DNA from: Polyangiales bacterium
GTDB lineage: Bacteria; Myxococcota_A; Polyangia; Polyangiales; JBDIVX01
Reading direction: 5' to 3'
NCBI GenBank assembly: GCA_039794305.1
Contig: JBDIVX010000011.1
Location: 2,885-66,884, forward strand
DNA: 64,000 nucleotides
This document shows, piece by piece, positions 30,189 through 40,159 of this stretch; positions within the stretch are counted from its first letter, which is position 1, and the number at the start of each line of letters is the position of its first letter. The notes beneath the pieces are model-generated. The model saw only the letters and a program-made list of their open reading frames with translations. It did no database searches and was not told the DNA's origin. The translations under genes and the position numbers were made by a program.

Positions 30189-31603
30189 AGGTAGTCGCCC
30201 TCGCAGAGCTGCACCGGGCCGCGCGGCGCCAGCAGGTCCGGGCCGCGCACGAGCAGCATGGCGGTGGCGCCCGGGGGGAAGTCGAGATCGGCGATGCGGC
30301 GCCCGATCACGGCCGAGCGCTCGTCGACGTAGAAGGTCATGATCTCGCTCGTCAGCGGGAACGTGGACGCGATCTCCACGCTCGCGGGCGGCGAGGGCGG
30401 CGCGACGGTCTGCAGGCCGAGCACCCGCGTGATGGCCCGGACGCTCCATCCCTGCGCGGTCACGCTCACGACCACCACGAAGAAGACGATGTCGAAGATC
30501 CGCGGTGCCGCTTCGATCCCGGCCATCATCGGGAACGTCGCGAGGATGATCGGCACCGCGCCCCGGAGCCCGACCCACCCGACATACGCGATCTCCCGCG
30601 GTTCGTACCGGAATGGCAGGAGGCAGACCAGCACGCTGAGCGGCCGAGCGACGAGCGCGAGGGCAGCGGCGATGGCGATCGCCGGCCCGAACACGTCCAG
30701 GAGCCGCGACGGGAAGGCGAGCAGACCGAGCGCGAGGAACATCACGATTTGCGCGAACCACGCCACGAAGTCGTGGACGCGGAGAATGCCCGCGCGATAG
30801 GGGAGCGGGCCGTTTCCGAGGACGAGCCCGGCGACGTACACGGCCAAGAACCCGCTGCCGTACATCAGGGTGGGCAAGGCGAAGGCGATCGCGCTCATCG
30901 CGAGCGTCAGTGACGGATAGAGCCCGCCCGCGAGGAGCGGCAACCGGAGCACCCAGCGGCAGGCGTGGCCGATGGCGAACCCGGAGACGGCGCCGACCAA
31001 GAGCTGCAGCACCGTCATCCCGAGCAGTCCGATCGAGAGCGGAGCGTCCGCGACGAGCGCCGACGTGAGCCCGATCGTCAGGATGACGGCCATCGGATCG
31101 TTGAGCCCCGACTCGGCCTCGAGCGTGGCCGCCACACGCTGGCGGAGGTGGACCCCGCTGCCTCGGAGAACGGAGAAGACGGCGGCGGCGTCGGTCGAGG
31201 ACACGACCGCGCCGAGGAGCAGCGCCTCGGTCCATCCGAGCCCGAGCAGCCAGCCAGCGCCCCCCACGAGCCCGGCCGTCAGCGCGACGCCGACGGTCGC
31301 CAGGACGGTGGCCGGCGCGAGCACGGGGCGCATCGCCGCGTAGGACGTCTGCAAGCCGCCGTCGAAGAGGATGACGACCAGGGCGACCGTGCCGAGCCGG
31401 AAGGTGAGCTCGTAGTCCTCGAAGTGGATCCCGCCGAGGCCCTCGGAGCCAGCCACCATGCCGAGCACCAGGAAGAGCAGGACCACCGGCAGACCGCGGC
31501 GGCCGATCGCCCGGCTGAGGAGCACGGCCAGCGCCACGAGCGTCCCCACGATCGCGAGGGCCACGGCCGTCGCGGTCGGCTCGTTGGGTATGCTCGGCGG
31601 CAT
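30113..31603 (-). CDS. cvrA: K+/H+ antiporter CvrA/NhaP2 with C-terminal TrkA-C domain
   Basis: 'GSEGLGGI', 'SSTDAAAVFSVLR', 'EAESGLNDPMA', 'WVGLRGAVPIILA'. Confidence 0.92.
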   Translation of the reverse strand: MPPSIPNEPTATAVALAIVGTLVALAVLLSRAIGRRGLPVVLLFLVLGMVAGSEGLGGIHFEDYELTFRLGTVALVVILFDGGLQTSYAAMRPVLAPATVLATVGVALTAGLVGGAGWLLGLGWTEALLLGAVVSSTDAAAVFSVLRGSGVHLRQRVAATLEAESGLNDPMAVILTIGLTSALVADAPLSIGLLGMTVLQLLVGAVSGFAIGHACRWVLRLPLLAGGLYPSLTLAMSAIAFALPTLMYGSGFLAVYVAGLVLGNGPLPYRAGILRVHDFVAWFAQIVMFLALGLLAFPSRLLDVFGPAIAIAAALALVARPLSVLVCLLPFRYEPREIAYVGWVGLRGAVPIILATFPMMAGIEAAPRIFDIVFFVVVVSVTAQGWSVRAITRVLGLQTVAPPSPPASVEIASTFPLTSEIMTFYVDERSAVIGRRIADLDFPPGATAMLLVRGPDLLAPRGPVQLCEGDYLYVFARPEDRERMLDVFSRREEPPR

Positions 31604-31692
31604 CGGCGCGGCCTACCCCTAAGCGCGGCCGACGCGCCTGTCACCCTGGCGGCGTTCATCCTCGCGCGCTCGTGTGCCATAGTCCCCGCGCC

Positions 31693-33720
31693 ATGGGACA
31701 CGTCCCGCTCCTGCCCGAGCTCGTCGTCATCGTGCTGGTGGGCGTCCTGGCCTCGCTGCTCCTCGCGAGGCTGCGGCTCCCCTCGGCCGCGGGTCTCCTG
31801 CTCGCGGGGGCCGTGCTCGGCCCCTCGGGCGTCGGCCTCGTGCACGAGTCGGAGGCCATCGAGGTGCTCGCCGAGGTCGGCGTGGTGCTCCTCCTCTTCA
31901 CCATCGGCCTCGAGTTCTCCCTCGAGCGCTTCGTCCGCATCGCCCGGCTCGTCGTCGTGGGCGGCGCGCTCCAGGTCGGGCTCACGGGCGCCGCGGCCGC
32001 CGGCGTCGCCCTCGCCCTCGGCTTCACCGTCGCCGAGGCGGTGTTCTTCGCCTTCGTCTTCGCGCTCTCGAGCACCGCGATCGTCTTGCGGGGCCTCTCG
32101 GAGCGCGGCGAGACGGACGCCCCCCACGGCCGGTTCATCGTCGGCGTGCTGATCTTCCAGGACCTGTGCGTCGTCCCGATGGTGTTGATCGTGCCGATCC
32201 TCGCGGGCGGCGACGAGGGAGGGGTCGCCGTACCCCTCGCCATCGCGCTCGGGAAGGCGGCCGCGGTCGTGACCGGCACCCTCCTGGTCTCGCGCGTCCT
32301 CGTCCCTCGCTTCTTCGCGGTCGTCGACGCGGCACGCAGCCGGGAGGTCTTCCTCCTGGCGGTGCTCGGCGTCTGCATCGGCACCGCCTGGCTCACGTCC
32401 CTCGCCGGCCTGTCCCTCGCGCTCGGCGCCTTCCTCGGCGGCATGGTGGTCGCCGGCACCCAGTTCGGCCACCGCGCCATGGGCGAGATCCTCCCCCTGC
32501 GCGACGTCTTCACGGCCGTCTTCTTCGTCTCCATGGGGATGCTCTTCGACGGCGAGGTCGCCGTGGAGCACCCGCTCCTGGTCCTCGCGCTGACCCTCGC
32601 CTTCGTCGGCGGCAAGGCCCTGCTGGCGATCCTCGCGGCCATGGCCATGCGCTTCCCGGCCCGCGTCGCGCTGCTCGCCGGCGTCGGGGTCGCCCAGTTC
32701 GGCGAGTTCGGCTTCGTGCTCGCCCAGGTGGCCGACCGCGCCGGCCTGATCTCGACCGACGAGATCCAGCCGCTGATCGCCGCCGGCATCCTCTCCATGT
32801 TCCTCACGCCGGTCCTCGTCCGGCTCTCGCCGCACATCACGGCCGGAGAGCGGCTCCTTCGGCCGCTCGAGCGCCTCCTCGGCGCGCGCGGCGCGGACGA
32901 GGCCGTGGAGCACGAGGGCCACCTCCGCGACCACGTGATCGTCGTGGGGTACGGGGTCGGGGGCCAGCTCCTCACGCGCGCGCTCGCCGCGAGCCACATC
33001 CCGTACGTCATCGTCGAGCTGAACGCCGAGACGGTGCGGAGGGTCTCGGCCCAGGGCGAGCACATTTACTACGGCGACGTGTCGAGCGCCGAGGCCCTGC
33101 TGCACGTCGGCCTGCACCAGGCGCGGGCGGTCGTCCTGCTCATCAACGACCCGCAGGCCGCCCGGCGCGGCGCCGCCACGATCCGGGACGCGGCCCCCGA
33201 CGTCCCGGTGCTCCTGCGCACGCGTTACCTGCGGGAGCAGGAGATCCTGGAGGGCCTCGCCGCGGACGTCGTCTTCGAGGAGATCGAGGCGGGCGTGGAG
33301 ATGCTCGCCCGCGTGCTTCGCCGCTTCGACGTCCCGCGCAACGTGATCCGAGAGCGCCTGGACGAGGCGCGCCAGACCACGCAGGAGAGCGCGCGCCCCA
33401 CCATCGTGCCACGCCGCCGGCTCGGCGAGATGCACGAGCTCGAGGATCTCAAGATCGAGAAGGTCCTGCTCCGCCCGGACGCGCACGCCGTGGGGAGAAG
33501 CCCGCGCGAGCTCGGCGTGCGAGCCATGACGGGTGCGCTGGTGGTCGCGGTCCGTAGCGGCGGGAAGCTCGTCGACTCTCCGGATCCGGACACAACGTTC
33601 AGAGCCGGCGACATCGTCTATCTGGTGGGTGGCACCGACTCGGTGCGGCGCGCGGGGGACCTCCTCGAAGAGGGATGCCGCCCGAGCCTCGCCCCCGACC
33701 TCGCCGAGCGGAAGGCCTGA
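31693..33720 (+). CDS. CPA2-family (Kef-like) cation:proton antiporter with TrkA-N and TrkA-C domains
   Basis: 'GVVLLLFTIGLEFS', 'LSSTAIV', 'LIFQDL', 'QFGEFGF', Rossmann 'VVGYGVGG', 'YYGD'. Confidence 0.92.
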   Translation: MGHVPLLPELVVIVLVGVLASLLLARLRLPSAAGLLLAGAVLGPSGVGLVHESEAIEVLAEVGVVLLLFTIGLEFSLERFVRIARLVVVGGALQVGLTGAAAAGVALALGFTVAEAVFFAFVFALSSTAIVLRGLSERGETDAPHGRFIVGVLIFQDLCVVPMVLIVPILAGGDEGGVAVPLAIALGKAAAVVTGTLLVSRVLVPRFFAVVDAARSREVFLLAVLGVCIGTAWLTSLAGLSLALGAFLGGMVVAGTQFGHRAMGEILPLRDVFTAVFFVSMGMLFDGEVAVEHPLLVLALTLAFVGGKALLAILAAMAMRFPARVALLAGVGVAQFGEFGFVLAQVADRAGLISTDEIQPLIAAGILSMFLTPVLVRLSPHITAGERLLRPLERLLGARGADEAVEHEGHLRDHVIVVGYGVGGQLLTRALAASHIPYVIVELNAETVRRVSAQGEHIYYGDVSSAEALLHVGLHQARAVVLLINDPQAARRGAATIRDAAPDVPVLLRTRYLREQEILEGLAADVVFEEIEAGVEMLARVLRRFDVPRNVIRERLDEARQTTQESARPTIVPRRRLGEMHELEDLKIEKVLLRPDAHAVGRSPRELGVRAMTGALVVAVRSGGKLVDSPDPDTTFRAGDIVYLVGGTDSVRRAGDLLEEGCRPSLAPDLAERKA

Positions 33721-33765
33721 CGCGATCGGGCTGGACGCACAGGCGCCCGGGCATACGTCGAGACC

Positions 33766-35061
33766 ATGACCGTGGTCTTCGGCGCGACCCTGCGACCGAG
33801 CGGCGAGCCGCTGGCGGATCTCGCGGGGCTCCTGGCCCACCGGCTGTCGGTGCCGCTCCGGCTCGTGCACGTGTCCGAGGATCCGCGCGCGGCCATCGTG
33901 CTCGGCACCGACGAGGAGTCGATCCTGGGCGGCGTCCGCGACGACCTCGCGCGTGAGGCGCGGCGCATCGGATCCGTCACCGGCGCGACCGTCCACCCGC
34001 ACCTCGCCGCCGGCCCCGTCGTCGAGGCGCTCGTGTCCATCGCGGAGTGGGAGGTCGCCGAGGTGCTGCTGATCGGCACCGCCCCCCGCCCCTCCCTGAA
34101 CCCCATGGGCAGGCGGTCCGAGCGGATCGCGAAGCGCAGCCGGACCCCCGTGCTCGTCGCGCGGAGCCCGGAGCGCCTGCTTCGCTGGCTTCGCGGCGAG
34201 GATACGCTCCGGGTGCTCGTGGGCTGCGACCTCGGGGGAGCCTCCCGGGCCGCGCGCGCCTTCGCCGCGACGCTGTGCAAGGCGGGCCCCTGCGAGGTGG
34301 AGGTCACCTACGTGGCGTCGCCGGAGGAGATCCACGCGCGCCTGGGGCTCGATCCGCCGGATGGGCCCGCCCTGTCGGAGGAGGCCGAGGCCGCGGTCCT
34401 GCGCGAGCTCGAGGGGGCGGCCCCCGCCGAGGAGAGCGCCTCGATCCGAGTGCTCGCCGCCCATGGCAGCGCGGACGCCCACCTGGTGGCGCGCGCGGAC
34501 CAGGGCGCCTTCGACCTCCTGGTCGTGGGCCAGCGCCGCCGCTCGGCCGCCGAGCGCCTCTGGCACGACTCGGTCGCCCGAGGCGTGCTGCGCGCCGCGC
34601 CGACGAACGTCGTGAGCGTGCCGGCGCCGCGCCCGGAGCCGGCGACGTCCTTCACCGTGCCGCGGGTGGTCCTCGTCGGGACGGACCTCGGCGACGCCGG
34701 GAGCGGCGCGCTGGCGCAGGCGCTCTCACTCGTCCCGGCGGCAGGAACGGTGCACGTCGCGCACGTCCTGCCGCTCGCGCCGAGCTCCGTCGAGGCGCGA
34801 AGGGCGCAGGAGGACGCCTGGTACCGGCTCGGCCGGAGCACCCTCGACGCAGACCCCGAGCGTCGGATCGAGCGGCACGTCCTCGAGGGCGACCCCGCCG
34901 AGCAGCTCTGCGCGCTCGCGCAGCGCGTCGGCGCCGAGGTCCTGATCACCGGCGTCCGCCGCCGCGGCGCGGTGAGCCGCCTGCTCACCGGCTCGGTGGC
35001 GCACCGGCTCGTCGACGAGTCGCCCGTCCCCGTCCTGCTCGTCCCCCTTCGCGAGAGCTGA
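33766..35061 (+). CDS. Multi-domain universal stress protein (about 3 USP domains)
   Basis: Repeated USP motifs: 'LRLVHV', 'DLLVVG', 'SVARGVLRAAP', 'LLTGSVAHRLV...PVPVLLV'. Confidence 0.88.
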   Translation: MTVVFGATLRPSGEPLADLAGLLAHRLSVPLRLVHVSEDPRAAIVLGTDEESILGGVRDDLAREARRIGSVTGATVHPHLAAGPVVEALVSIAEWEVAEVLLIGTAPRPSLNPMGRRSERIAKRSRTPVLVARSPERLLRWLRGEDTLRVLVGCDLGGASRAARAFAATLCKAGPCEVEVTYVASPEEIHARLGLDPPDGPALSEEAEAAVLRELEGAAPAEESASIRVLAAHGSADAHLVARADQGAFDLLVVGQRRRSAAERLWHDSVARGVLRAAPTNVVSVPAPRPEPATSFTVPRVVLVGTDLGDAGSGALAQALSLVPAAGTVHVAHVLPLAPSSVEARRAQEDAWYRLGRSTLDADPERRIERHVLEGDPAEQLCALAQRVGAEVLITGVRRRGAVSRLLTGSVAHRLVDESPVPVLLVPLRES

Positions 35062-35063
35062 AT

Positions 35064-37541
35064 TCAGAGCGCCTGCACGAGCACCTCGCGGCGGCCGCCC
35101 GCCTTGCCGCTCGGCGGGCCGACCACGCCCTCCTGCTCCATGCGCTCCACCAGCTTCGCGGCCTTGTTGTAGCCGACCGAGAGCTGCCGCTGGATGTGGC
35201 TGATCGAGCAGTAGCCGGCCTGCGCGACCACGGCGACGGCCTTGTCGTAGAGGGGGTCGTCGCTGGCCTGCCCGCCCCCGAGCTCGCCGCCGTCCTCGTC
35301 CTCGCGCGGCGCGAGGATCTGCTCGTCGTACACGGGCTTGCCCTGCACGCGCAGGAAGTCGCAGACCGCCTTCACCTCCTCCTCGCTGATATACGCCGAG
35401 TGGACGCGCTTGAGGTCGCTCGAGCCGGGCGGGATCATCAGCATGTCGCCCATCCCGAGCAGGTGCTCGGCGCCCATGCGCCCGAGGATGGTCTTCGAGT
35501 CCTCGCGCTGCGACACCTTGAAGGCGATGCGCGCCGGGAAGTTCGCCTTGATCATGCCGGTGATGACGTCGACGCTCGGACGCTGCGTCGCGAGGATCAC
35601 GTGGATTCCCGCGGCGCGCGCCTTCTGCGCGAGCCGGGCGATGGCCGCCTCCACGTCCTTCGCGGCGACCATCATCAGGTCGGCGAACTCGTCGACCACC
35701 ACCACGACGTAGGGGAGCTTCTGCGGATCGGGCGGGACCGCGTCCGGCGTCTCGCCGTCCGTCGGGTCACACAGGACCTCCTCGCCGTTGGGCCCCTGCG
35801 CCCGCACCTTGCCGGCCCGCCGCGGGCAGAGCTTCTCCGGCGCCATCTCGCCGTCGAGCACCTTCTGCACGCGCTGGTTGTAGCTGGCGACGTTCCGTGC
35901 GCCGGCGTCGGCAAAGAGCTGGTAGCGCCGCTCCATCTCGTCGACGGCCCACTTGAGCGCGAGGGCCGCCTTCTTCATGTCGGTCACGACGGGCAGGAGC
36001 ATGTGGGGGATCCCGTCGAAGACCGCGAGCTCGACCACCTTCGGATCGATCATCAACAGGCGCACGTCCTCGGGCGTCTTTTTCGCGAGCAGCGAGGCGA
36101 GCATGACGTTGAGGCCGACGCTCTTGCCCGCGCCGGTCGCGCCCGCCACGAGCAGGTGCGGCATCTTGGCGAGGTCGCCGTACACCGGCTGGCCGGCGAT
36201 GTCCTTGCCGAGCGCGATGGGGAGCGCCGCCTTCGTCTTGTCCCAGCGGTCGTCCTCGAGGATCTCGCGCAGATAGACGGTCTGGCGCACCTCGTTCGGC
36301 AGCTCGAACCCCACGCGCGCCTTGCCCGGGATGGGCGCGACGATGCGCACCTTCTGCGCCGCGAGCGCCATGGCCAGGTCGTCCGCGAGCCCGGCGATCT
36401 TCGACACCTTGGTGCCGCTCTGCGGCTCGAACTCGTACATGGTGACCACGGGGCCCGGATGGATCTCGTCGACGCGCCCCTTCACACCGTAGGCCTCGAG
36501 CTTGTCGACGAGCCGCGCCGCGTTGTCGCGCAGGGTCGCCGCGTCGATGCGCACGTGACTGTCGCCGGCCTCGTCGAGCAGCGTGGTCGGCGGCAGCACG
36601 AACTCCTTGCCGATCGACGGCATCGGGATCCCGTCGGACACCGGCGGCGGCGACGACTTGCGTGCCGTCGCCACGGGCGCGACGATCCGCGGGCCCTCGG
36701 GCTTCTTGGACCGCCGCTTCGGAGGCTCGGGCTCGTCCGGCTCGTCCGCCTCGTCTGCGGTGTCGTCCACGACCTCCGCCTCGTCCACGTCGACGAGCGT
36801 CGTCTCGGCGTCGAGCGAGACGCCGTCCTCGTCCGCGTCCTCCTCCTCGTCGTCGTACGCGTCCTCGTCCTCGTCGACGTCGTCCCCGACGATCTTGGGC
36901 ACGGCCGCGCGGGCGGCCGCCTCGCGCTCGGCGCGGTCGAGCTCGCGCGCCTCCCGCCACGCCGCCCAGAGCGCGCGCAGGCCGTTCCACGCCGCGACGG
37001 CGCCGCGCGACGCCGCCTCCGCCGCCCGCCGGACGACGTGGACGACGGAGACCGGCGTCCGAAGGACGAGCGTGATCAGGATGACGCAGATGCCGACGAC
37101 GAAGGCGCCCGCGAGGCCCAGCAGCGATCGGAGCACCTCGCCGAGGACCTCGCCGAGGACACCGCCGGACAGGTGCCCTCCGAAGACGTGTCTGCCGTCG
37201 AGCGCCAGGTGCAGCATCGCGCATCCGACCAGCACGAGGACCAGCGTCGAGGCGAGCGTCGCGAGGCCGAGCAGCGATCGGCTGCGCCGGAACAGGCGAA
37301 CGGTCGCGAAGCCGAGCTCGAACGGGAGCACCCAGGCCGCGACGCCGAAGGCCGTCGCCAGGAGCGACGCGGCGCCGGCGCCGACCGGGCCGATCCAGTT
37401 CTCGCCTCCGCGGGCGTCGTACGACCACAGCGCCAGCGCCAGGAGCGCGGTCGCGGCCGCCGTAATGATCCCCAGCACTTCGTGCCGGCGTCCCTCGGAA
37501 TGATCCAGCTCCCCCGCGGATGTCGTACGGAGTGCGCCCAA
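35064..37541 (-). CDS. ftsK: DNA translocase FtsK (4TM N-terminus, acidic linker, motor, gamma domain)
   Basis: 'NWIGPVGA', 'PHLLVAGATGAGKSV', 'IDPKVVEL', 'DEFADLM', 'LATQRPSVDVITG', 'QRQLSVGYNKAA'. TTG start after AAGGAG chosen; GTG 37559 is the alternative. Confidence 0.97.
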   Translation of the reverse strand: MGALRTTSAGELDHSEGRRHEVLGIITAAATALLALALWSYDARGGENWIGPVGAGAASLLATAFGVAAWVLPFELGFATVRLFRRSRSLLGLATLASTLVLVLVGCAMLHLALDGRHVFGGHLSGGVLGEVLGEVLRSLLGLAGAFVVGICVILITLVLRTPVSVVHVVRRAAEAASRGAVAAWNGLRALWAAWREARELDRAEREAAARAAVPKIVGDDVDEDEDAYDDEEEDADEDGVSLDAETTLVDVDEAEVVDDTADEADEPDEPEPPKRRSKKPEGPRIVAPVATARKSSPPPVSDGIPMPSIGKEFVLPPTTLLDEAGDSHVRIDAATLRDNAARLVDKLEAYGVKGRVDEIHPGPVVTMYEFEPQSGTKVSKIAGLADDLAMALAAQKVRIVAPIPGKARVGFELPNEVRQTVYLREILEDDRWDKTKAALPIALGKDIAGQPVYGDLAKMPHLLVAGATGAGKSVGLNVMLASLLAKKTPEDVRLLMIDPKVVELAVFDGIPHMLLPVVTDMKKAALALKWAVDEMERRYQLFADAGARNVASYNQRVQKVLDGEMAPEKLCPRRAGKVRAQGPNGEEVLCDPTDGETPDAVPPDPQKLPYVVVVVDEFADLMMVAAKDVEAAIARLAQKARAAGIHVILATQRPSVDVITGMIKANFPARIAFKVSQREDSKTILGRMGAEHLLGMGDMLMIPPGSSDLKRVHSAYISEEEVKAVCDFLRVQGKPVYDEQILAPREDEDGGELGGGQASDDPLYDKAVAVVAQAGYCSISHIQRQLSVGYNKAAKLVERMEQEGVVGPPSGKAGGRREVLVQAL

Positions 37542-37655
37542 GTGTGCTCCTTCCCACACTGAGGCTAGGTCGCTCGGAGGCGAGGGGTCAAGAAAACGGG
37601 GCTCGCAAGTCCGCGGGATCGCCGCGGGGGCCCGAGCCCGGGGCGACCCTCACTC

Positions 37656-37683
37656 TTGATTGAGCGGCCGGATCCTCTACTAT
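37656..37683 (+). promoter_or_regulatory. Putative sigma70 promoter divergent from ftsK
   Basis: TTGATT-16 nt-TACTAT about 100 bp upstream of ATG 37782. Confidence 0.45.
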
Positions 37684-37781
37684 CGTCACCCACCTTCCGG
37701 AGGAGGCGCGTCCGGGTGCACCGGATGGCCGAATCCCTCGGAATCGGGGCGTGTTTTCGGCATCGGCCCCACGAGAAGCCA

Positions 37782-39335
37782 ATGCGACTTCAGCCAACGC
37801 TGCGAACGAAGATTCTGCTCGCGTGCGCTCTCGCGGCCTGCGCCACCGGGTGCAAGGTCACCGGCGCGGACATCGAGTACTGGAAGGGCACGGTCAAGGG
37901 TCCGGGGAAGATCGTCGCCGTCATGCTGAGCGACAACTACCCCATGGAGCTCCGGACGCAGTCCGCGCTGGCGCTCGTGGAGATGGAGCGCCAGGACGTC
38001 GACGGGGTGGCCGAGCTGCAGCGGGCCATCCAGCGCCTGCCCGAGCAGAAGCGACACGAGATCATCGCCGGGATGGTCTCGGGCCTCGCGGGCCTCATGC
38101 GGGGCGGCGACACGGCCGCCTCGGACGCGAACGGTCCTCCGCCCCTGCAGGTCCGCGCCAAGGACGCGGCCTATCTCCTGATCACCCACGCCCAGGGGCA
38201 GGCCCGGGACCAGCTCGTCGACGCGGTCGTCGGCTGGTACGTGGTGGACTTCAACGGCCGCAGCCTCGCCGGCAACTACAGCGCCGAGCAGGTGGTCCGT
38301 TCGCTCGGCTCCCGTGCCGCCACGATGCTCGTCGAGGCGCTCAACGCCGAGATGCCGCCGCAGGCGGTCGTGAAGCTCGCGGAGATCATCTCGCAGGTGG
38401 GTGACGACCAGGCGAAGCAGCGCGCGGCCGAGCGCCTCGTGGAGATCGAGCGCCGCATGGAGAGCGACGAGTACCTCGAGTGGCTCAAGGGCAAGGTGCG
38501 CGACCAGATCCGCGAGCAGTCGCCCGACGCCGAGATCGACGAGAACAGGGTGTCGGCCATCGCTGCGCTCAACCGGGAGAACTTCGTCACGCAGGGCGCG
38601 CTCCCCGCGATGAAGCACCTGTCGAGCCAGCAGGTCGTGGCCGAGCGCCTGCTCGAGGTCGCCTCGCTCGAGTCGACGAACGAGATCATCGTGCAGCGTC
38701 GCGTCAAGGCCCTTCAGGCGCTCGAGGGCGGCGCGAAGCGCGAGCACCTGCAGCGTCTGCTCGCGCTCGCCCTGAACAGCGAAGTGCCGGAGGCGGTGCG
38801 CGACTACGCCTTCGACCGCGTGGGCGACATCCGCAGCCCCGAGGCCATCCCGCCCATGTGGCCGCTGGTGCAGGACGGCGAGAAGCAGCGGCTCCGATGG
38901 CGCGCGGGCGAGATGGTCCTGGTCATCGGCGGCCCGGGCGTCGTGGCGGAGTTCTTCACCAAGCTGCCGAGCGGCAGCGACGTCAAGTTCGAGCCGGAGG
39001 AGCTCGAGGGCTACGCCACGCGCATGAGCCAGATGTCGCCGCCGCCCACCGATCTGGTGCGCGAGCAGCTTCGCTCCTCGGATTGGTGGGACCGCGTCAT
39101 CGCCCTGCGCTACTACGAACGAAAGGGCACCGAGGCGGACATCCCTGCCATGCAGCGCCTCGCCTCGGACCGGGCCGAGGTGAAGGGCGAGCACTGGGAG
39201 AACCTCGAGATCACCACCGTAGGACAGGTCGCCGAGGCGGCCATCACGGGCTTGCGCGAGCGCCTGTCGGGGGGCGCCGAGGCGGAGGGCCAGCAGGGCC
39301 CCGAGCAACAGCAGGGCGAGGAGTCGGGAGAGTGA
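37782..39335 (+). CDS. All-helical (HEAT-like) lipoprotein of unknown function
   Basis: Lipobox 'ATGC', helical repeats such as 'VRDYAFDRVGDI' and 'LRWRAGEMVL'. Strong codon bias. Confidence 0.75.
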   Translation: MRLQPTLRTKILLACALAACATGCKVTGADIEYWKGTVKGPGKIVAVMLSDNYPMELRTQSALALVEMERQDVDGVAELQRAIQRLPEQKRHEIIAGMVSGLAGLMRGGDTAASDANGPPPLQVRAKDAAYLLITHAQGQARDQLVDAVVGWYVVDFNGRSLAGNYSAEQVVRSLGSRAATMLVEALNAEMPPQAVVKLAEIISQVGDDQAKQRAAERLVEIERRMESDEYLEWLKGKVRDQIREQSPDAEIDENRVSAIAALNRENFVTQGALPAMKHLSSQQVVAERLLEVASLESTNEIIVQRRVKALQALEGGAKREHLQRLLALALNSEVPEAVRDYAFDRVGDIRSPEAIPPMWPLVQDGEKQRLRWRAGEMVLVIGGPGVVAEFFTKLPSGSDVKFEPEELEGYATRMSQMSPPPTDLVREQLRSSDWWDRVIALRYYERKGTEADIPAMQRLASDRAEVKGEHWENLEITTVGQVAEAAITGLRERLSGGAEAEGQQGPEQQQGEESGE

Positions 39336-40159
39336 CCCACGATCAGAACAAGAAGACCCTGCGCCACTTCCAGTGTCGCGACTACCTCTGGGACATCTTC
39401 GAGCAGATGAGCCAGGAGCTCGAATGCTCGACCGACTACCTCATCAACGAAGCGATGCGGCAGTACGCCCGCTCCCGCAACTACGGGACGCGGCCGCCTT
39501 CGCAGTCCGGGATGTCGCGTCCGGTCGCCCCGAGCCGCCCGGACAACCCGACCCCCGGCGCGATCCCGTCGCTCCGCTCGTCGGGCGGCATGGGTAGGCC
39601 CTCGATCCCGTCGGCCCCGCCGCCACCGCCCCAGCGCTCCTATCCCGGCTCCTACGGAAGTCCGCCGACACCGGGCCAGGGCTACGCCTCGGGTGGGCAC
39701 TACCCGCAGTCCGAGGGCTTCGGCCAGCCGGGCGGTGGCTACGGATCGCGGCCGCCGCCACCGCCCGGGCAGTCTTCGTTCCCGCCCGGGCCGACCAATC
39801 GGCCGCCACCCTACGGCAGCCCCGGCGCACCGCCGCCGCTCCCCGGACAGCAGCGCGCGCCGGTGGTCTCGGCCCAGCCGCCGTCGCTGTTCGTCGTCTT
39901 CAACGGGCAGAAGATCCCCATCAACAAGCCGGAGTTCGTCATCGGCCGCGGCTCGAAGACGGCCGACCTGCCGATCAAGGACGGCAACATCTCGCGGCGC
40001 CACGCCGCGGTCGTCTGGGAGAGCGGGGCCTTCTGGATGAAGGACCTCGGCAGCACCAACGGCGTGGAGTACGCCGGGCAGCGCATCGAGCAGAAGCAGA
40101 TCGGCGAGGGCGACCTCTTCCAGATCTGCGACTACGAGCTGCGCTTCACGTACCGGTAG
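39332..40159 (+). CDS. Ribbon-helix-helix + Pro/Gly-rich linker + FHA domain protein
   Basis: GTGA overlap. 'LRHFQCRDYLWDIFEQMSQELECSTDYLINEAMRQYA'. FHA 'IGRG...ISRRHA...DLGSTNG'. Confidence 0.85.
   Translation: MTHDQNKKTLRHFQCRDYLWDIFEQMSQELECSTDYLINEAMRQYARSRNYGTRPPSQSGMSRPVAPSRPDNPTPGAIPSLRSSGGMGRPSIPSAPPPPPQRSYPGSYGSPPTPGQGYASGGHYPQSEGFGQPGGGYGSRPPPPPGQSSFPPGPTNRPPPYGSPGAPPPLPGQQRAPVVSAQPPSLFVVFNGQKIPINKPEFVIGRGSKTADLPIKDGNISRRHAAVVWESGAFWMKDLGSTNGVEYAGQRIEQKQIGEGDLFQICDYELRFTYR

Noticed and set aside
36720-36890. Repetitive TCG/TCC-rich tract as a DNA repeat
   Set aside because: It encodes the acidic disordered linker of FtsK, which is expected.
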